Made by a program: the position numbers and the translations under genes. The notes under the pieces are model-generated. The model was not told the origin of the DNA. It worked only from the letters and a program-made list of their open reading frames with translations, and searched no databases. Source: Tubiluchus corallicola (lineage: Eukaryota; Animalia; Priapulida). From it: 64,000 bases of DNA. Below, one piece after another: positions 25,766 to 40,700 of the stretch; position 1 is the stretch's first letter; each line of letters starts with the position of its first letter. Location of the stretch: the NCBI GenBank assembly GCA_030141605.1, contig JAQGDQ010000139.1, forward strand, positions 124,001 to 188,000. The letters are read 5' to 3'.

Positions 25766-28700
25766 GTAAGTTACCTAGTAATATTAAAAGAGCCATCGAC
25801 AGCTTTTTGTTCATCAAAGTAACAATTGCATCCGCATCATGTTATTTATGATGCTTTTGTTGTAAATCAGCAATTAAGAACTTCGTAAGTACCAGCTTGC
25901 ATCCTCAGTTGGTGAGCTGCAATAATAATAACATTCACCTTTTTTTCTAAAACTTTTCTAGGCTTACTCCTTCTAAATAAAGACTGAATACTTGCCTAAA
26001 AACACTCATTTAGTTGTGTTTATTTTGCACCGCTGTGTGATAAACCCCAGTTCTGTTCTACACATCCTGTGATTATCCTATGATCATAACTATAGCGAGC
26101 TATATAGTCTCGTTAAACAGGTTCTCATGATAATAGCCGAAATTATTTTGCTTTGCAAAATCGTCATGCGAATTGAACTAGCTGATACACGTGCTGCTTG
26201 CATATTAAAACTTCCGCAACAGCCTGACAACGATTTATGAAATTAAACTTAGTATCCTAATAATTCTGTTATAACAACACTCCTTACAGCAAGCAGAATG
26301 TTTCTTAAATTGTTAACAGTTTCTGTAATAAACAGTTTTTGTTGATTAGGCCCTTATATGTTGGCTGTGACCTGAAATTCCCAGAATAATATAGCTTAAT
26401 ATTATCAGTGTTATTGCCTTCTGGAATTGAAGATCAGAAGTACACTGTTATTACAATAAAATATTTCTCATTGTTATACAATATGTTAGTCAGTGTACAT
26501 CAGGATGGAGCCTTTTCACTATGTAATTTGAAAGACACGATAAAATTGGAACAGTTCAGAAACAACAATCTATCACAATAACCAAGGCATAGTCAAGGCC
26601 AAAAGACATTGTTCAAAATTGTCAGAGCTCTTTACAGCATACCCTGACCCCGAACCAATTAGCTTTACCAAAACTCCGAATCTGAACACTCAGGAACCAA
26701 CAGGACACATGGCTAAATACCGCCACAAAAATTCACGACACCAAAATTAAAAAACCGAAGGTAGAACTAATTCCATAAAAGAAAGCAATAAACTTTAACT
26801 TGTTGACCCAGCTTTGATAAAAAATTCCGATGAGTCTGGTAATCTAAATAACTTCCACCCGTTTTCTGAAGACACAACTCCTTTAGCAAAGCTGTAATAC
26901 TCTTCATTAAGCCTTATACACGTTAAAAGAATAAGAATTTATTTTTTACAAGGATACAGTCATTATAAATAGTTTTAAAAGCTATAGTTTCCATAAAGGT
27001 CTATGATTGTTAGTCGGTAAAAAAACAACATTATGTTGGACAAATATATTATTGACAACCAATAAAACATATATGCACAATTATTTACTACAAAATTTTT
27101 TGCACCAATAAAATCACGCTTGTTTTAAATTAAATAAAAATTTTTTAAGACTCTTACATTTACTTAAAAGTTACAAATAAAATAGACAATTTTATACCTG
27201 CATAAAATAATTTATGTGCATTTACATAATTACATAAAATTAAAACAGACAATTTTATACACGTAATATTTGTAAAGTTATTAATATTTAGAAATAACAG
27301 CTAAATTGGTAAAACTAATTTTATTAACATAAAATCAGCCATAGGTAAGTTAATAGAGAAAAATCAAAAATTCCCTTTGCTGTTATAAGGCTTTTTGGAT
27401 CAATCCTATTTGTTTTTAATTGGCTACAGGTTGTGCTAAATCTTAATCCTTCGTTCAAATTATTCCTTCGTACAATGTGTTCATGGTTTGGGAACCTGTA
27501 GTTGACCGGCATTTGCTTGTCTGGTATTGTAAGTTACATGCTTTCTTTGAAATTTTCGTTGGACTTTCTGGGGTACTTTGTGGCCTATAATGGTTTGATG
27601 TAGAACTAGAAGCTAAACAGTTAACAGCTTTTCACATTTACCGATTTCTCCTCCATATCAACTCAAATCAAATGTGTAACGCTACTACGTACATTCTCTC
27701 TTTGAGCCTTTGTTCAAGTTACATCTACATAATTATTCGTTTTTCAATATTACAACCTCCAAAATTATCAGTAACTTCAAAATTAACCTTTAACTGTAAC
27801 GGATAATAATTCTGACTTTTTGCATTGCGAAGTTCTTTATATATGATCTCTGCAACATTAAGTGATTCAGTATAATTCTCTTCCAATAGAAAGAATGTCT
27901 AAGTTGGGGATGCTCGTAGGTGAGCGAAGGTAATTCTCTATTAATTTCAGCTTAGAAAAACTCACACTGCAACTTCAATCAAAAATAGCAAAGCACTTGA
28001 CTGGTTTGATCCGTGTGAGATAAATCTGGTGTACTGTCAATAATCATTGCAAAATATTGTAACATTTTCAACTACATTTCTTTTTCAGACTTTCTCCAAG
28101 AACGGCAATAAACTCCTTTTGAATAGGATGTGATATAGATATAGGACATAGTTATCTTGGTCATAGGTGTCACCCAGTTTCACTCGAAGATGTATTTTTT
28201 CAAAACGGGGTCATATTTTTCGAATTAAAAAATTATAGGATTGGCTGCCCTGTGTGGTTCGCACACCTCACGCAACGCCACTGGAGTGGATCATAATATA
28301 GTACCATATTAAGTATAATCAAATTAACCTTGCAAGGTTTACAAAAACCCTGTTCTAATTCAGCATAATTCCAAATATCTGGAACTCAAGTCTAATATTT
28401 TTAACTATAAATTAGAAGAACACTGCTGTTCTACTCCTTTACAATTAACCAACAACGTTAACAGCAAATTTCAAAATTGAAATTGCGATCTGCCAATTTC
28501 ATATCTTTTTGGACTAACTTGACAGTCGGACAGAATGCACAGTTTGTCACTGCCAAACGGCGAATGCTACCAAGCTGCGCACGTCGGACTTAATGCATGA
28601 CGCATAGTTACCGTCAGCTAACTCGCGTGTCTTGAATGATTGAGTCACTTCCCTTTACAAATAAATGAGGTAACGCAAATTGATCGAATCGACTAAATTT

Positions 28701-31700
28701 TGCCAAAACTTATGAATAACTATTTTATGTTAACATTGACATTCACATCTGAATTACGGAAATACGTTTTGGTGTGACTTTTCTTGTATCGGCACAATGT
28801 TTATGGTAATTGGTTTAAAATGGGCGAAGTACAACAAACGTCTTTAAATCCACGAAAAACAAAAATACATGTGCATTATAATGTAGATCGAGGAACAAAC
28901 CGTCTCCTACATATAATAATGATACTGTATACTAATTAATAATGAACTATTTCCACATGTAAACGAGTTGAAATTTCTGGAAATAATCATAAGTAGACTG
29001 CTGCATAGGAAAAGCGTTTTGTTTCGACGAAATTGGAACTTGTCACTGTCGGGGCGCGGTAAAAATGGCACCTGGCTAAAATGACACAAATGCAGTGGCG
29101 GCTTGTAGCTAAAATTAGTTGGAGTTACTGCTTCAGAAAATTTTTAACCATTGATTAATACTGTGTAAAACGAATGTAAAAGTTGTTAAAAATGGCACAA
29201 AATTTTAATGAAAAAATAGATGAAAGTGGCACAAATATAAAAGTAGAATGTGTTTAGTAGGAACTTGGGAAGCTTATCTCTGCAAAAGATGAATAGTCCA
29301 AAACTTGTTCTTCTGGTTTTTTTGATTAAAAAAAATTAACACAAAGATAAACAAGGAAATGTACAAAAATGTACCTGTATTGGTATTATAAAGACTGGCA
29401 AAACACTCACAAAATATTTGTTTATTAAATACATTTATAATCAATAATTCAAGACTGTTCCACATAGTGTTTATCTACCTTTTGAACCACTAATTTTGGC
29501 AATGATAATAGACTGACAAATATATACATACTCACATACCAAGTCACTTTATGAGGCTATACACGTTAATAAGCAAATGTTATAAACAATGTTGCACAGT
29601 TTTCCAAGCGAGAATTTCTCGAAATGGAGTTGGAACTAACTCGTAGTTGTTTGTCCTGGTAGAAATAACAGAAAGGAAACTACAAAATACCCCTCTGAGA
29701 CATCCACAAAGTTTTTTCGCGAATGTTTTTTTGTACGTGGTGTTCGGTCAAGTTTTGTGGAAAAGGAACCAACGAAAAGATTCCCAGTTGGCAACTTATA
29801 CCTGCACCTTTCTTCACAAAATTTCTTGAAAATCCGTTAGATAGTTTTTGCGTAATAGGCTTACTGTCATAACACATTAAAAATTACAACTAACCAAACT
29901 GTGTTGAAGCATTAACTTCCTTGGGAGAGGTAAAAATAACTACAATAATTATTCCCCACTGTAACACTAAGCTTAAACACATATTTTACTTTGTGTGCCA
30001 CTTCTTCCTGTACCATTTTTCCTGTTTTATTTTTGCTGTGCCATTTTTTCTCTGCCATTTTTATGTACATTCATCTCTTTCGGACCCGTAATCCCATGGG
30101 TCAGTGGTATGAAGGTCTCAATATTGTCTTCAATGAATTCCCCATGCTAGATTGCATAAGAAGTGTATTTCGTTTCAATGAAGTCATTTTTGACATTTAG
30201 ACCCTTGACTTTGGATCAGTGGTCAATCAATCTTGGACCAACATATATTGGCTTTCAATTTGTCTTGGCAAGACCTTGATGTACTACAAACTACTATTCC
30301 TCAAGACTGGAAAAATATCTGTGATAGCCCACCCATTTTCAGTTTCTAGCGCCTAGCTGAAAATTTTTTCCCTGTCCACAATCCCATATTCAGTCATGCG
30401 TGAGACCTTGGGCCCATCTAGCCATATACCAAAAATTGTGGATCTTGCTATAAAAACTGTAGGAGCAGATAGAGCCTAACAATAAACTGACATATGTCTA
30501 CTGTCTTTGACCTTTTGACACAAGGTTCATCATTCAGTATTCGGTTCTCTCCGCCTGCACTCAGGTACTTGCCCTAAAAGTTTCGTGACTTTAGGTTATT
30601 TACTTTTCCAGTTATTGACACAAGTCTGTTTTAATGATTTTGTTCATGTCACGTGACCTCACCACATTACTTTTTAAAAAATACTTAGTGTACATATACC
30701 TTTACCCGGCTACCAATATATGCAATAACATACACTACTAGTCAAATACTGTAGTAGGAGTTGAGAGACAAAGCTGTTTGCCTTAATTTTCACATTTTGG
30801 CTCCTACTACTGTGATCTTTAACTTAGAGGTCACCAGTCTTATTTTGTCACTGCTTAGGTCAGATGCCTGTCCTCCAAGTTTCATGATTTTAGCTTTTCC
30901 TCCTTGTGATGTGACCTGGCCACACCCACTTTTCGAAAAGGTATTAGGTGGTAATGAGTTCTTGCACATGGCTAAATATGATGGGCGTGAGAAGAACTTT
31001 CTCTAAAGTCAAAAACTGAAAACGGGGGAATTGGGTCCAAACTAGTGTTAAATAACAATGGCTTCTGCTATAATCAAATGAAACGTTTTGGCAAGACAAA
31101 TTGAGTGGTATAGGTTAATGCGAGATTGAGTGACCCTAGGACTTGGGTTAAAATGTCACAAGAACCGATTTTATTGAAAAGAAATGCAATTTCTGGATAA
31201 TCAAACGTGGCAGATTTAACAACAACAAAATTATGATCATGGGCTAGTTTTTACTTAACAACACATACGTAACAACTGAGTCCAAACGACACTAAAGATT
31301 GATAGCCTAGGAATGTTTTTACTAATCATACTGCAATGTCATGTAATTTAACACATTAAAGCAATGTTATTTTAAAGTAGTGTAATGTAACATATTACAC
31401 TATATTACACTACACTTGCAGAGCATATTGCTGAATCTTCAGTTTATGACTTTGTCTAGTAAATGGTTTTCTAGTATATTTTTTGTTTTCAGGAAGCCAA
31501 GTTCAGTTTCAAGTGCCCAGAAGGTTAGTACTTTTTGTTTCCAAACCTGGCATTATTTGCAACCGCTAGCGGTTTTTTGTTGATAACAAATTGAAAGTTA
31601 TTATTTATTTTTGCAAAGTTTTTGAACAAGTGGTTAGTACAAGAAAACTTAATACAACGAGGTGGCAGCAAATGCCTTTTTGTTGCAATAGTATATTTAA

Positions 31701-34700
31701 TAAAATACACCTAATTTTAATAGTGTGCATGTATAATTTGTGGAAATTTATTTTTAAAAATGTAGTAAAACATGTCAGCAGATAGACTAAAATTATAAAA
31801 TAATGTAGTACAGTCTACATTAATGAAATATAACTTAGCATCATATTTACAATTGCAGAATGGGTGCAAATGGATGGGAATAGTGCAAAATGTTACCGAT
31901 GGTTTGAGCCTATACAGTCATGGCGAAAAGCTGTACACACTTGCAAGCTGTATGCTTCTTTATTAGATAGCTTCAACTTTTCACACAAACATCTCGAGAT
32001 GTTAATGAAATTATTGTTTTGATGCAACAAAAATATTGTAAAGTGTATTATTTCCCATTGCATTTTTATTTTTATATTTGACCAATTTGTCTGTTCTTTT
32101 TATTACCTGCACTGTAGGCTGCTTAGGCTTAGTAGTATGTGCCTCGATCAGTTGCTGTTTCATCATTTCATCAACTGTAGTGTTGTGATAGATCAAAATT
32201 ATGGATAAGAAAAAGAGGTAGATTGAAGAAGAACATCGAGTCAAGACAGATGAATATACACTGTGCTACACAGACTGTGTGATTCACTGAACTAACATGC
32301 ATTGTAATAAAATTACCACTATCTGACATGAAAGTTGAAATCTATGGTTTTTAATATAACTTTTAATAAGTTCTAGAACAGTTTTCCTGCGTGTAGTGGT
32401 AATGATGCGACAGATCGGATGCAAAAAAAAATTGTCATTAGGTTCCTTGACCAAACTGCGGCCCGCAGGAATTAATAAAAAGTTTAATATGGCTGTGCTT
32501 TTTGTTTAATTATCTTTTTTCTGTCGTCTTTATTACCTATGTTTATTTACCATTGACTTCATTACTAAGACATTTTTGTCTATTCGCTTTTTTACCTTCT
32601 GTACCGTCACTCTTTTCTGATGTTTCTTCAGTTTTATCTTGATCATATAAAAGTGCAGTTTTAACCTCTCACATCTTGGTAGCTTACATGTTTTAGTGGC
32701 AATTTCTATTGAAGGAAAGTATACCTTGAAATTTCTTTCACTGAATCCAACTATTCAACTAAATTTTACTAATTTGTTAAAATGAAAGTTTACTGCATCA
32801 AAACAAGCTGCATTATAAGCCGTCACTTTGTGGTTGGCAGTTTTTAACTGTGCTTCTTTCTGTTCCAGGTATGGCGCAAAGTTAGTAAGAGTTGGCAGCT
32901 TTGTAGAAAATGAATTTCTTAGGAAAGAAGTTGCACCAGTTGATACGATTGCATACTGGATAGGTATGTTTTTTACATTCTGTGAAAAAGTTGCTGAGAT
33001 TCAAGTATAATGCAGAATTTTTAGTGAAAATCCACAATTGAACTGTAAAATTGTGTTCTGCAACTATTCACATTGAGTTATATCTCCTTTTATTTCAGTA
33101 AACGTTTAGCGATAGTTTATAATTATATTAATACACATTGCAGAATGTGAAACACAACAACTGAATTGATACCTGTTAGTACATTTATATATTTTTTTTT
33201 GAACTCCAGGTTTGCTAGCTCCCATTCCCGGTGTAGATGATATATTCGTTTGGATTGATGGATCTAATATCACAAAATACAGTGGTTTTTGGAATTATGG
33301 CCAGCCAGATCGAACTCGAGGCGATTGTGTTCAAGTGGTTCCTGCTTCTGAACAATTTTCTTGGGAGTTAGCAAAATGTGACAGCCTTCTTCCATTTATT
33401 TGTGAAATCCCTGCTTGCGTAGATGAAGGTTAGTTACTAATAGCTTGGGGCAATAATTTAAAAATTATTTAAGTTTGCTGATTTTAGAAGTTTTCCTGAT
33501 GTCGCAACCTGTTTTAACATGATCAGTATTCTTTTAAGTTATCTGACATTTGACGTGGTAGATAGGTTCAGCAGATCTGGTGATTTTCTGACATTTGACG
33601 TGGTAGATGAGTTCAGCAGATCTGGTGATTTTCTGACATTTGACGTGGTAGATGAGTTCAGCAGATCTGGTGATTTTCTGACATTTGACGTGGTAGATGA
33701 GTTCAGCAGAACTGGTGATTTTCTGACGTTTAACGTGGTAGATGAGTTCGGCAGAACTGGTGATTTTCTGACATTTGACGTGGTAGATAGGTTCAGCAGA
33801 TCTGGTGATTTTCTGACATTTGATGTGGTAGATGAGTTCAGCAGAACTGGTGATTTTCTGACATTTGACGTGGTAGATGAGTTCAGCAGAACTGGTGATT
33901 TTCTGACATTTGACGTGGTAGATGAGTTCAGCAGAACTGGTGATTTTCTGACATTTGACGTGGTAGATGAGTTCAGCAGAACTGGCGATTTTCATGACAT
34001 TTGACGTGGTAGATGAGTTCAGCAGATCTGGTAATTTTCTGACATTTGACGTGGTAGATGAGTTCAGCAGAACTGGTGATTTTCTGACATTTGACGTGGT
34101 AGATAGGTTCAGCAGATTTGGTGATTTTCTGACATTTGACGTGGTAGATGAGTTCAGCAGAACTGGTAATTTTCTGACATTTGACGTGGTAGATGAGTTC
34201 AGCAGAACTGGTGATTTTCTGACATTTGATGCAGCAGATGAGTTCAGCAGATCTGATGATTTTCTGACATTTGACGTAGTAGATAACTTCAGCGGATGTG
34301 TTGATTTTAATTTTTGGCAAAAAGAAAATTGACTCGAGTATTAAATTGCAGCAAATTGACAATTTAGGCAATGTCTTTTTTGGTTGTTCCATGTTCTTGA
34401 AGGTTATAAATGCCAATATTATAATGTCATTTTAATATAAAATATTGTTGCTTTTGACAGGGTTTTCATATCGATGTGCTAACGGTAAATGTATTAATTC
34501 TAAATGGGCATGTGATGGTGGTAATGACTGTGGAGACATGAGCGATGAAGACAGATGTCCAGGTATCTACTGATAGCTTATAGGATAACGAGCACTTACA
34601 TTATGAAATTAATTTATATGTCATATGTCAAGACACCTTGACCTATTTCAGTATGAAAGCTATCGTTACACTAATTAATAATTAAATTTACTATCAATAC

Positions 34701-37700
34701 ATGGATTAGCAGTAGTTATTAATCAGCATTGTACGACTTGAGTTTATTCTAAGTAGTCTGTGAGAGTCTAAGAATTAAATTTAAGAATCTAGATGACCAT
34801 ATCATCCATCCATATATTACCAAGCACACACCCAGCACGTCAGAAATAATTCCTTACATTAGGTGACTTGCACAGCAAAACAGATGAAACTGATACATTT
34901 CCCGGTATTGATTTTTTGTATTAGTGTGTTTTATGAAACTTGACACTAGATCTTACTAATTAATCAACCCTAGTTGCAGGACTGAAACCTAGCTCAATTA
35001 ATCCTTTTAGATGAGACAGTAAACTGTGTTTTTGCTACATTTATATGTTTGTTGTTTTTTATTTATTTCAGGTTGAAAACTTCTCCAACCTTCGTATACC
35101 TTATTCACTAATATAACTAGAGAATTTTTGCGGGTGCATCTGCATCTCTATGACAAGAACTGAAGTTGAAAACTATATTAGTATCATTTTGACTTACAGT
35201 TTTCGAAAAAGATCAAGTTACTTTGTGAGAAAAAGGCAGAAAATTTTCAGCTGTAGCTGCCGTACATTATGGCGTTATTCTTATTTACAGGGCTTTGCAA
35301 TTCATATGTCAGAGGAACTTCTGGTGATATTCAATCTCCACATTTTCCTGGCTTGTACCCTGTATTGGTGAACTGCATGTGGGTCATTGAGGGACCTATA
35401 GGCTCAAAAATCAGGCTCCAGGTATTGTTTATAAACTGTTATACTGTGAAGTGATTTGAACTATTAAATTATACATATTGTGTTTGAAATTTTACTTCCA
35501 ACATTACTGATAGGGAGGTCTACAAATTGAGAGTGCCATCTTTCCTTTTTTCACTCTTGTTTCCATCTGTACTCTTAAATATTTTGTGTTATATCTCGAA
35601 AACTGTAATCTAGATTTGGTGAAGTGTGGTTTGCTGTTCAGTGATCTTTGATTTGATGCCCGTTTCTCTTTTCGAACCTGTTTCTTCGAGCCTCTAAGGT
35701 AACGAGTGTAGCGTAATATGTTGGCATGTAGCATGGCACATCTAGCATTCCACGCTATATGAATTCAATGCAGGGCATCTTATCTATTTTCAAAATTTCT
35801 AAACAAAGATGATCGGCTTAATGTGTTGACTGGCATCCACTAGTCTTTGAAATATATCACATGAAAAAAGTAAATATGGAAGACAAGTTGAACATTGTCA
35901 GCTAAGTTAATACCTTCTGTTGTTTGACTAATAATACTGACAAAAAATCAAGTGTGCATAATTAGTGTCAGTTAACATGTGCCATGGGCACTAAGCTTTT
36001 TGGTTTGCTGTTTTTTCTTAGCCTTAGTACGCACTTCTATTTCATGTTTTCAACAGCACTTGAACTACAAGCTTGGTTATAATAATATTTTCAAATGTGA
36101 GAACTGAACAAGTTGAACATTAATAAGAATTGAACATAGTAACAAAATAAGCAGAACATTAATCAGCCTCAGTCATACAGTTTTTTTATTAACTACCTTT
36201 TCTTACAGTTTAGTAACTTTGACACCGAGGAAAATTATGATCCAGTCATTATTCTCGTTGGTGGCCCAACTGAACAGGAAAGCCTTGAAATTGGGCAGAT
36301 ATCGGGCACCAAGCAAGTTTCTGAGCTCTCATTTCTTAGTCCTAATAATTTCATGATTGTGAAATTTCGAAGTGGTGCTACTGTACAAAAATCTGGTTTC
36401 TCAGCTGCTTGGACTGCAGGTTTGTTGTAAAATAGTTATAATTTAATATATTCAGCAACTATAGTATATAGACTGTTTTTAAAATTGAGAATATTTATAA
36501 GTAAATAGTAAAAAACATTTCCACAGTATAAACTAAGAAGTAGTAGAGGAAGTAACAGAAGTTTTGTTGTATTTCTTACTTTATTGTTGTTGTTAAACAC
36601 TGTTGCTGTTGTTGCATTTTATTCATTTTGCTGCATTTAACATTGAGATTTGCATCCTTCAAATTTTAAGTACTTGACATACTTGCAACTTTTAGTAGGC
36701 CAATTTTTAGTTGCAAAATCTGAGAACCGCTAAAGCCTGTGAGAGCATACACACACAAAAAAGATGCTCGACAAAAAATTCAAACTATTAATTTTATTAT
36801 TGTTTTGTTATGCTGGTTTCACTGATGTCTGTACAGTAGTGCAAACTGTAGATCTTTAGGCCTTGCTTCAGTTGGGTGTGGCAAATTTTACTAGTGTTTT
36901 AGAAGCAATTTTTCCTAGTACTAGACATCTGACTTATCTCAATGGCCACTCTTAAAATACTGCTTTTTCATTGTGTCTTTCAATCTTGTAAATAGAAAGT
37001 GCTAGCTCTCTCCAGCATGGGAATGTAATTTCCACACTTCTAGTATATTCAGCATTTTGTATGTTGATATGTATCGAAAACAACATCTGAATTTTGATAC
37101 AAATGTATATATTTAGTTAGGGTAATTTTCTATTTTACTTAATTTTTGTGTATTATATTAGATTATATTAATATTTACATGGACTTTTCTGAAGTAAACC
37201 TATAGTCAATCAACCAAACTAAGTGGATTCGGAATAAAATTTTGTATATTTCTTTACTGTTACTGTATGCTTAGAATTTTTTTATTGTATTTTTTGTAAT
37301 ATTTTTGTAGGAACATTTCAATGTGAACGAGATCTTAATGCACATTCATTTAAGCAAGTACTAGAATCACCTGGCGCTCCAGGCTATTACCCACATGGTT
37401 TAGAATGTGTTTATAAGATCTCTGCTCCAGATGGACACATCATTAGTTTAGAGGTATGGCAGAAAATTTGTTGAAATCTGGACATTCGGGAAACTGTAAT
37501 TTTTTTGAAATGTAAACATAGATATCTTTATTTATCCAATCAAAAATGCCTAAGGAATATGTATGTACATATGATAATACTTGCCTAAATTCAATAAATT
37601 TTTGAAATACTAGGTGTATCTAAAATGTTGAATACAAACTTATAAAAAGTTATTCTACAGAGGCAAGTGATAGCATAAAGCTGATTTGAAAATGTCAAAT

Positions 37701-40700
37701 TCACAACTTTCCTATCTACCATCAGAAAAGATCTTATACATTATAATCTTGTTGTGTTTTGTTTCTCTCGTAAGGCTCGTAGAGAAAACCAGAAAACACT
37801 TCATCAAAATAATCTAGTTTATTAAGCGAGAATTCTCCAACACAAAAGTATGAAGGAACGCGAATTGATTACAGTAAACGTGAAAATCTGGAAAACATTT
37901 AAGTGTATATGAAAATATAAGTATACAAGAGAATGTGTAAGTGGCGTCCGTGTGAATCAGCATACTCCGTCTCAGCGGCCTGCTTCGCCTTATATAGCGC
38001 GCCCAAGAAGCTTCCAGAAGTTTTGTTCCAGAACATTCCACACGGTAAGACGATAATTTCAACGGAACATTCTACAATGTTCCATGTAATTCTAATAGAC
38101 GCCAGCGATCTCCACAACACCTCCCCACCGAAATTGATGCTGTCTCCAAAGCATCAGCAACAATGTCTCTCTCTCGGCTTGGGTGTCCTCTTGGATCGTC
38201 TGGGGTTGTTCGGTCCATACTCTGGCACATGCGGCTTGGTCTCGGATATGGGCCGAGGTGCTCCGATCTGCTTCAGGGTTTCGAGCAGTTCTTTCAGGAT
38301 CTCCATAGGACGATCAGGTGGAAGCTCAGAAGTAAAGTCCGTCTCATCACCAGGTTCGTAGTTCTCTGCAGAAGCGTAGAGCGGACGTAGCTGTTCCCAG
38401 TGTTGTCTCCACACTGGACCACGAGGAAAGACCTTAACGTTGAAGCAGCGAGTACCCAAAGCTTTCTTGATGACCGCTGGTACCCATCGGGGATGTCCGT
38501 CTTGACGAGGTCCATAGTACAGCGCAGAGACAGGCTCTCCAGCCTTGTACTGCTTGGTGACCTTGGCAACACCTCCCGAGTCTGGAGTGGTGCTAGAGAT
38601 GACTCCTTGGATTGCTTTTCCTGAGCGGTGTGTGCTGGCGAGGGTAGCAAGTAGTCGATCCTTGTCCGTATCTGCCGAGACATCAAGAGTTCACTCGGAG
38701 AGAATCCACAGGATGTTGGAGTTCTCCGGTACTGCATCAGAAACTCTTGAAGTGATCGCTTCGGAGGCAGAGAAGACTTCCTGAGTGCTTGCTTGAATGT
38801 CTGCACCAGGCGTTCTTCTGCTCCATTCGTAGCTGGATGGTATGGTGCTCCTGTGAGATGTGTGATCCCACGTTCTCTGCACCAGCTCTGGAACTCATCA
38901 GACATGAAGGTTGATGCATTGTCTGTGACCAGCGTGTGAGGTAATCCGATGTGAGCAAAGTCCTCTTTCAGCAAATCTAGAGTGGCTCTAGTGGACGTGG
39001 AAGACGTAGGGAGTAAGCATCCGTGATCACCAGCCAGTTCGTACCCATGAAGTTTATGGCGTGATCCAGGTGTAAGCGGCTCCATGACTTCTCTGGTAGC
39101 ATCCATGGGTGAACTGCAGGCTTGGATGGCTTGTTTTGATGTTCTCTGCATGAGTCACATCGTCGGCTAATCATCTCGATAGCTGCATCGATACCGGGCC
39201 AGTAGACAGCAGTTCTTGCCAACTGTTTCATGCGTTCCATGCCGAAGTGCCCGATATGCAGTAGATCCAGGATCTTGGACTGCAGGCTTTGCGGAATCAC
39301 AACTCTTGATCCATGGATGAGGCATCCTGAGTGAATCCGACAACTTCCGGAACTTTTCGACTTCTCTGTTGATCTCAGCGTGCTTGGGCGGCCATCCTTC
39401 TCGGACATAGCGCATGACCTTAGCTAGCACTGGGTCTTTCCCTGACTCTTGTCGGAGAATGTTGTGGTCCACAGGCTTGACTGGAAGACTGAGAACTTTA
39501 ATGGCACACACCATGTCCATGTCTTCACCATTTCCCTCCCTGTCGAAGTTGTTGTTGTCTCCAGATGGCAAGCGACTAAGGGCATCTGCATTGCTGTGAT
39601 CTGCTGTTTTCTGGCACTCGATGGTGTATTCAAACTGGTTCAGCCACAGGCCCACCGAGCTAGATGATTAATTGCAAGAAGTGGCGTCCCTTTCTTCGGT
39701 CCGAAGAGTGAAGTCAGTGGCTTATGATCAGTCACCAGTGTAAATGACGCCCATAGAGGTACTGGTAGAATTTCCGTAAGCCGAAGAGAATGGCTAGGGC
39801 TTCTGTATGTATTTGGCTGTAGTTCCTTTCTGCAGCTGTGAGAGTCTTGGACACATTGGCAATTGGGCGCTTGCTTCCGTCCGGATAGCGATGAAACAGG
39901 ACAGCTCTAATTCCAACATTGGACGCGTCACAAGCCAATCCCAGAGGCTTGTCTGGGTCGAAATGCACAAGGACTTGATCTGAGGATAGCACATTTTTCA
40001 ACAGTTGGGTCTGTCTTCTTGGTCAAGTGGTAAAGAGGCTCTGCCGTAGTAGCCAGGTTTGGGGTGAACTTCCCGTAGAACGGAACCAAGCCCAAGAAAG
40101 ACTTCAGGCCTGAGACGTCTGTAGGCGGTGGCATCTTCATGACTGCCTCGACCTTGGATCCTTTTGCAACTCCTTCGGCCGATAAGGTGTGTCCAAGATA
40201 TTCAATACTTGGTTGTGCGAACAAGCACTTTTTAGGACGACATCTGAGTCCTTTGTCGTTCAGACGAGTGAGCAAGCATCTCAGGTTACTCAGGTGATCA
40301 TTTGCGTCTTGCCCGCTGACGAGTGTAACGTCCATTTCATCTTCCCACATAAATGGACTTGTGCAGTGGCTTGCGTCATGTGAGTGTGGTGTTTGTTCAG
40401 TTGGTCTGTCAGTTGGTTGGTCATCCCAATTGCAGAGTTTGAAAAGAAAACACAAACTCTACTCATTTTTGGCCCTTCTATGCTGTGCATATCATTATGT
40501 ATTCTACCTTTTGTTCAAATGTGGAAGTAAAATACCATTAGCATTAAAAAGATCGTTTCTATAGCATATAAACGATAATAGCCATTAGCCAAGGTTAGTA
40601 AGTACTGCGGGAGGGGCCAGTTTAATCGCTTGTAATGATAGCTGTAGGAAGCCAGCGTATACCTATGCCTACGACTACTCTCGCAGGTATCAAAGAGAGG

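Noticed and set aside
33543-34308. CRISPR-like array or repeat-protein gene (ORFs 33519+, 33967+, 33995-, 34416-)
   Set aside because: Units are contiguous with no unique spacers, there are no cas genes, the context is a eukaryotic intron, and the ORFs arise from a stop-free 45-mer and are frameshifted.
37814-38361. Repeated peptide [17 protein letters not shown] (also at 43938-44120)
   Set aside because: Chance translation of the two LTR copies.
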